Assembly (NCBI GenBank): GCA_963708135.1
Contig: OY970192.1
Location: 2,784,001-2,848,000 of the forward strand
Source of the DNA: an uncultured Gemmatimonadales bacterium
Lineage (GTDB): Bacteria; Gemmatimonadota; Gemmatimonadetes; Longimicrobiales; RSA9
Length of the DNA: 64,000 nt
Direction: 5' to 3'
A program made the translations under genes and the position numbers. The notes below the pieces were generated by a model that did no database searches, was not told the DNA's origin, and was given only the letters and a program-made list of their open reading frames with translations. This document shows positions 60,660 to 64,000 of this stretch, in pieces; the stretch's first letter is position 1; each line of letters begins with the position of its first letter.

Positions 60660-63365
60660 CTACTCGTATCTCAGCGCGTCGGCCGGGTCCAGCCGCGCCG
60701 CGCGCCGTGCGGGCAGGTAGGCGGCGAGCAGGACCACCAGCGCGAGCAGCGCGGCCACCGCCGAGATGGCGGCCGGCCCGGGCCGCGCGGCGCCGACCAC
60801 CAGCCCGCTCACCACCCGGCCGAGCAGCAGCGCGGCCGGCAGGCCGAGGACGAGCCCGGCGATGCCCAGCACGGCGCCCTCCTCCACCACCAGCCGGGTC
60901 AGCTCGCGGCGTGTGGCGCCGAGCGCCATCCGGATGCTCAGCTCGCGCGTGCGCTCGGCCACCGACTGGGCGAGGACGCCGTACAGTCCGACGGCGCCGA
61001 GGGCGAGCGCCGCGATGCCGAAGAGGATCACCCAGGTGGCCGCCATGCGCTGCTGCCACAGCGATGCCGCCAGGTGCTGCGCCATCGTCGCCTCGGCGTA
61101 GGTGGGCAGGGCGGGATCCAGCGCCGCGACCGTGCGGCGGAGCGAGGCGAGCACCCGCGCCGGCGCGGGACCGCTCGCGACGAGGATCACGCGGCCGTCG
61201 TAGTTCTGGGCGAGCGGCACGTAGAGAACGGGGGGCGCCGGCTCGGTGAGGGAGCGCCAGCGGCTGTCGGCAGCCATGCCGACCACCTCGAGGGGCGGTC
61301 CGGCGGGGCCGTTCCAGGGTGGCACGACGATGCGCCGGCCGATCGGGTCGAGCCCCGGCCAGAGGCGGCGCGCCAGCGCCTCGTTCACGATCGCGACGCC
61401 GGGCGCGCCCGCGCGGTCGGCGGCGGCGAAGTCGCGCCCGCGGACGAGCGGAATGCCGAGGGTGGCGAAGAAGCCCGGCGCCACCACCGCGTATGCCGGC
61501 CGCAGCCCGAGCTCGAGCGCGCGTCCGTGGAAGACGTCGGGCGGCGGCACCTCGCCGGGGTGAAACACCGAGATGCCGCAGGTGCAGTCGGTCGGCGGCA
61601 CGCCGGTCGCCAGGCTGGCGGCGTGGACTCCCGGAAGCGCCGCCGCGCGCGCGAGCGCTTCGCCAAGGAAGGCCGCGCCGCGTTCCGGCGAGTAGCCCTG
61701 TGTGCCGAGATCCACCGAGACCATGGCGACAGCGCGTGTCTCGAACCCGGCGGGCGCGGTCACGATCCGGTAGAGCCCGAGCAGCAGCATGGCCGCGGTC
61801 ACGAGCATCACGAACGAGAGCGCGACCTGGCCGCCCACCAGCGCGCGCTGGAGCCGCGAGCGGCGCGGCGCGGCGCCGCGGCCGCCCTCCCGGAGCACGC
61901 TCATGGGGGTGAGCCGCGCGGCGCGCAGCGCCGGGAGCGCCGCCACGACCAGCCCGGTCGCGACCGCGGCCGCGAGGGCGAACGCGAGCACGCGCGGGTC
62001 GAGGGGCACGCGAAGCTCGTGGAGCACCGACGAGGGAGGCTGCGCCGCCGTCGCCAGTCGGGAGAGGAACCGGGCCAGAAGAAGCCCGAGCGCCGCGGCA
62101 GGAAGCGAGAGCACGAGGCCCTCGATCAGCGCCTGCCGGACGAGGCGACCCGGCCCGCCGCCCAGCGCCAGCCGCGCCGCCATCTCGCGACGCCGCGCGC
62201 CGAAGCGGACCAGCAGCAGCCCGGCCACGTTCGCGCACGCGATGACCAGCACCAGCGCCACCGCCCCGAGCAGCAGCCGCAGCATGCCGGCGACCTCCTC
62301 GCGCTGGTCGGGATAGAGGCCGAGGCCGGCCGTGAGCGCCGCGTGCCGGTTGACGTTCGTGAGCGGGTACGCGCGCGCCAGCCGGGCGGAGACCACCGCG
62401 AGCTGCGCCCGCGCGTCCGCCAGCGTGGCGCCCGGGCGCAGGCGGCCGAAAAGCTGCATCCAGCCGGCCGCCCGGTCGTCCTCGATCCCCGCCGACAACC
62501 GCGGCATGGCCACCGGCCGGGCGGACAGCGGCAGCCACAGGTCCATCGGGTAGCCCGTCGCCGTGCCGGTGAAGCCGCCGCCCGCGACGCCCACGATGCG
62601 GAACGCGGCGCCGTTCACGCGGATCGTGCGGCCCACGACGTCGGGCGCTCCCCCGAACGCGCTCCGCCACAGCCCCTCGCCCAGCACCGCCACGCGGTTC
62701 TCGCCCGGCGGCGCGTCGTCCCGCGCGTCCAGCAGGCGGCCCAGGCGCGGCTCGACGCCGAGCGCCGCGAAATAGCCGCCCGTCACGAGATCGGCGCGCA
62801 GGCGGACCGCCGCGCCGCCCCCGCCGGCCCCCCCGTTCACGCGAGCCCCCACATGCGCCGCCAGCGCCTCGAGGGCCGGCACGCCGGCCGCATAGTCGTG
62901 GAAGTCCGGCAGGCTGAAATTGTCGTAGACGCCCGACGGCTGGACGCGCGAGAACGTCACCAGCCGCTCCGGCGCCCGCACACCGGCCAGCGGCCGCAGC
63001 AGCACCGCATCCACCACGCTGAACACACCCGTGGCGCCACCGATCGCGACGGCGAGGGTGAGCAGCGCCGTCGCGGCGAGGGCCGGCTGCCGCCGGAGCC
63101 CCCGCGCCGCGTGGCGAACATCCCGCACGAGCCCGTCCAGCACGGCGCTCGCCCGCGCGTCCCGCACCGCCTCCTTCACCTGCTCCGCGCCGCGCAGCTC
63201 CAGCAGCGCCGCGCGCCGCGCCGCCGCAGGGGAGAGCCCGGCCGCCCGCTTCTCGTCGATGAGGAGATCGAGATAGGACCGGACCTCCTCGTCCAGCTCC
63301 CGCTCCGCCCGCGCACGACCCACCGTGACGCCGACGAAGCTCCGGATCCGCGATGCCAGCGACAT
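60660..63365 (-). CDS. Duplicated MacB/FtsX-type ABC permease (ADOP-type)
   Basis: ELDEEVRSYL, LVLVIACANVAGLL, RTRELSIRMALGA, LDPADALRYE. Confidence 0.92.
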   Translation of the reverse strand: MSLASRIRSFVGVTVGRARAERELDEEVRSYLDLLIDEKRAAGLSPAAARRAALLELRGAEQVKEAVRDARASAVLDGLVRDVRHAARGLRRQPALAATALLTLAVAIGGATGVFSVVDAVLLRPLAGVRAPERLVTFSRVQPSGVYDNFSLPDFHDYAAGVPALEALAAHVGARVNGGAGGGGAAVRLRADLVTGGYFAALGVEPRLGRLLDARDDAPPGENRVAVLGEGLWRSAFGGAPDVVGRTIRVNGAAFRIVGVAGGGFTGTATGYPMDLWLPLSARPVAMPRLSAGIEDDRAAGWMQLFGRLRPGATLADARAQLAVVSARLARAYPLTNVNRHAALTAGLGLYPDQREEVAGMLRLLLGAVALVLVIACANVAGLLLVRFGARRREMAARLALGGGPGRLVRQALIEGLVLSLPAAALGLLLARFLSRLATAAQPPSSVLHELRVPLDPRVLAFALAAAVATGLVVAALPALRAARLTPMSVLREGGRGAAPRRSRLQRALVGGQVALSFVMLVTAAMLLLGLYRIVTAPAGFETRAVAMVSVDLGTQGYSPERGAAFLGEALARAAALPGVHAASLATGVPPTDCTCGISVFHPGEVPPPDVFHGRALELGLRPAYAVVAPGFFATLGIPLVRGRDFAAADRAGAPGVAIVNEALARRLWPGLDPIGRRIVVPPWNGPAGPPLEVVGMAADSRWRSLTEPAPPVLYVPLAQNYDGRVILVASGPAPARVLASLRRTVAALDPALPTYAEATMAQHLAASLWQQRMAATWVILFGIAALALGAVGLYGVLAQSVAERTRELSIRMALGATRRELTRLVVEEGAVLGIAGLVLGLPAALLLGRVVSGLVVGAARPGPAAISAVAALLALVVLLAAYLPARRAARLDPADALRYE

Positions 63366-63487
63366 CCAGCCTCCTCAACCCGCCGTGTCCGACCCGCGGC
63401 GATCCGCCGCGATCCCACTCCCCAGCTCGCCGGGGCCGCGCGGCGACCCGAGCTGCCGGGCTCCACGGCGGCCCACCGCCCCCTTCC

Positions 63488-63823
63488 TCACCCCGCCTCG
63501 AGCGCCGCCGTCATCGCCGCGGCGATCCGCCGCCACTCCCCCGCCTCCCGCGCAAGCCGGCGCTCGCCCGCCGCCGTCAGCCGGTAGAACTTCGCCCGCC
63601 GGTTGTTCTCCGACGCGCCCCACGAAGCCTCGACCGCCCCCGCGCGCTCCAGCCGATGCAACGCCGGAAACAGCGAGCCCGCCCCTACCTGGAACGTGCC
63701 CCGCGAGATCTGCTCGATCCGCCGCGCCACCCCTAGCCCGTGCAGCGGCTGCAGCGAGAGCGCCTTCAGCACCAGCAGGTCGAGGGTCCCCTGCAGGATC
63801 GAGGGTGTGCTATCGCCGGGCAT
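63488..63823 (-). CDS. PadR-family transcriptional regulator
   Basis: LQGTLDLLVLK, GSLFPALHRLE, SENNRRAKFY.LT..G. Confidence 0.93.
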   Translation of the reverse strand: MPGDSTPSILQGTLDLLVLKALSLQPLHGLGVARRIEQISRGTFQVGAGSLFPALHRLERAGAVEASWGASENNRRAKFYRLTAAGERRLAREAGEWRRIAAAMTAALEAG

Positions 63824-63893
63824 CTCGTCTCTCCCCTGCCATGGTTCGTCCCCGCCGGATCGCCGGCGTCCACGGTCCGGCCTGCCGCGCCTC

Positions 63894-63950
63894 TTCGTAT
63901 CGCCATTCGATAGGAACGTAGCCGCGTCTCGTATCGGATGTCAATAGGAG
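63894..63950 (-). promoter_or_regulatory. Two palindromic operators overlapping the padR promoter
   Basis: TTCGTATCG-N5-CGATAGGAA and CTCGTATCG-N5-CAATAGGAG; minus-strand TTGACA inside the second box. Confidence 0.65.
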
Positions 63951-64000
63951 AGGGGGGCGGCCGCGAAGGCGAGCCCCGCACGGCGCTCACCGCCTTGCGT

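Overview
High-GC bacterial window. The gene content is Gemmatimonadota-like: PD40-sensor Ser/Thr kinases, PadR plus duplicated-permease, a VPS10 hydrolase and a DUF5916 protein. That taxonomy is inference. It has three parts. (1) 1-11.6 kb is a decaying polymorphic-toxin island. It holds three Rhs toxin/immunity modules with unrelated C-terminal tips, an intact IS256 with a 9-bp TSD inserted into a hairpin, an XRE gene cut by an IS21 that is itself cut by a second IS21-type end, and a broken Phd-ParE pair. It also holds a ~480-bp internally deleted IS110 element that keeps both ends and its structured upstream non-coding region, a candidate bridge-RNA locus. (2) 11.9-44 kb is mostly intact housekeeping and secreted-hydrolase genes: ABC exporter, SDR, sdaAA/AB, cyclophilin, amidohydrolase, ggt, penicillin acylase, FAD oxidase, OmpA, MFS, S9 peptidase and VPS10 protein, plus two convergent vapBC operons. 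(3) 44-64 kb has an arsM(nonsense)-phosphoesterase-acr3 operon with two ArsR boxes, more TA-like modules, tandem receptor-like kinases with a relic third copy, a degraded integron (intI pseudogene, one attC, fragmented cassette-like genes co-oriented downstream of intI) and a PadR-permease operon. No rRNA, tRNA or CRISPR array was seen. All family calls are from motif recognition by eye; no searches were run.
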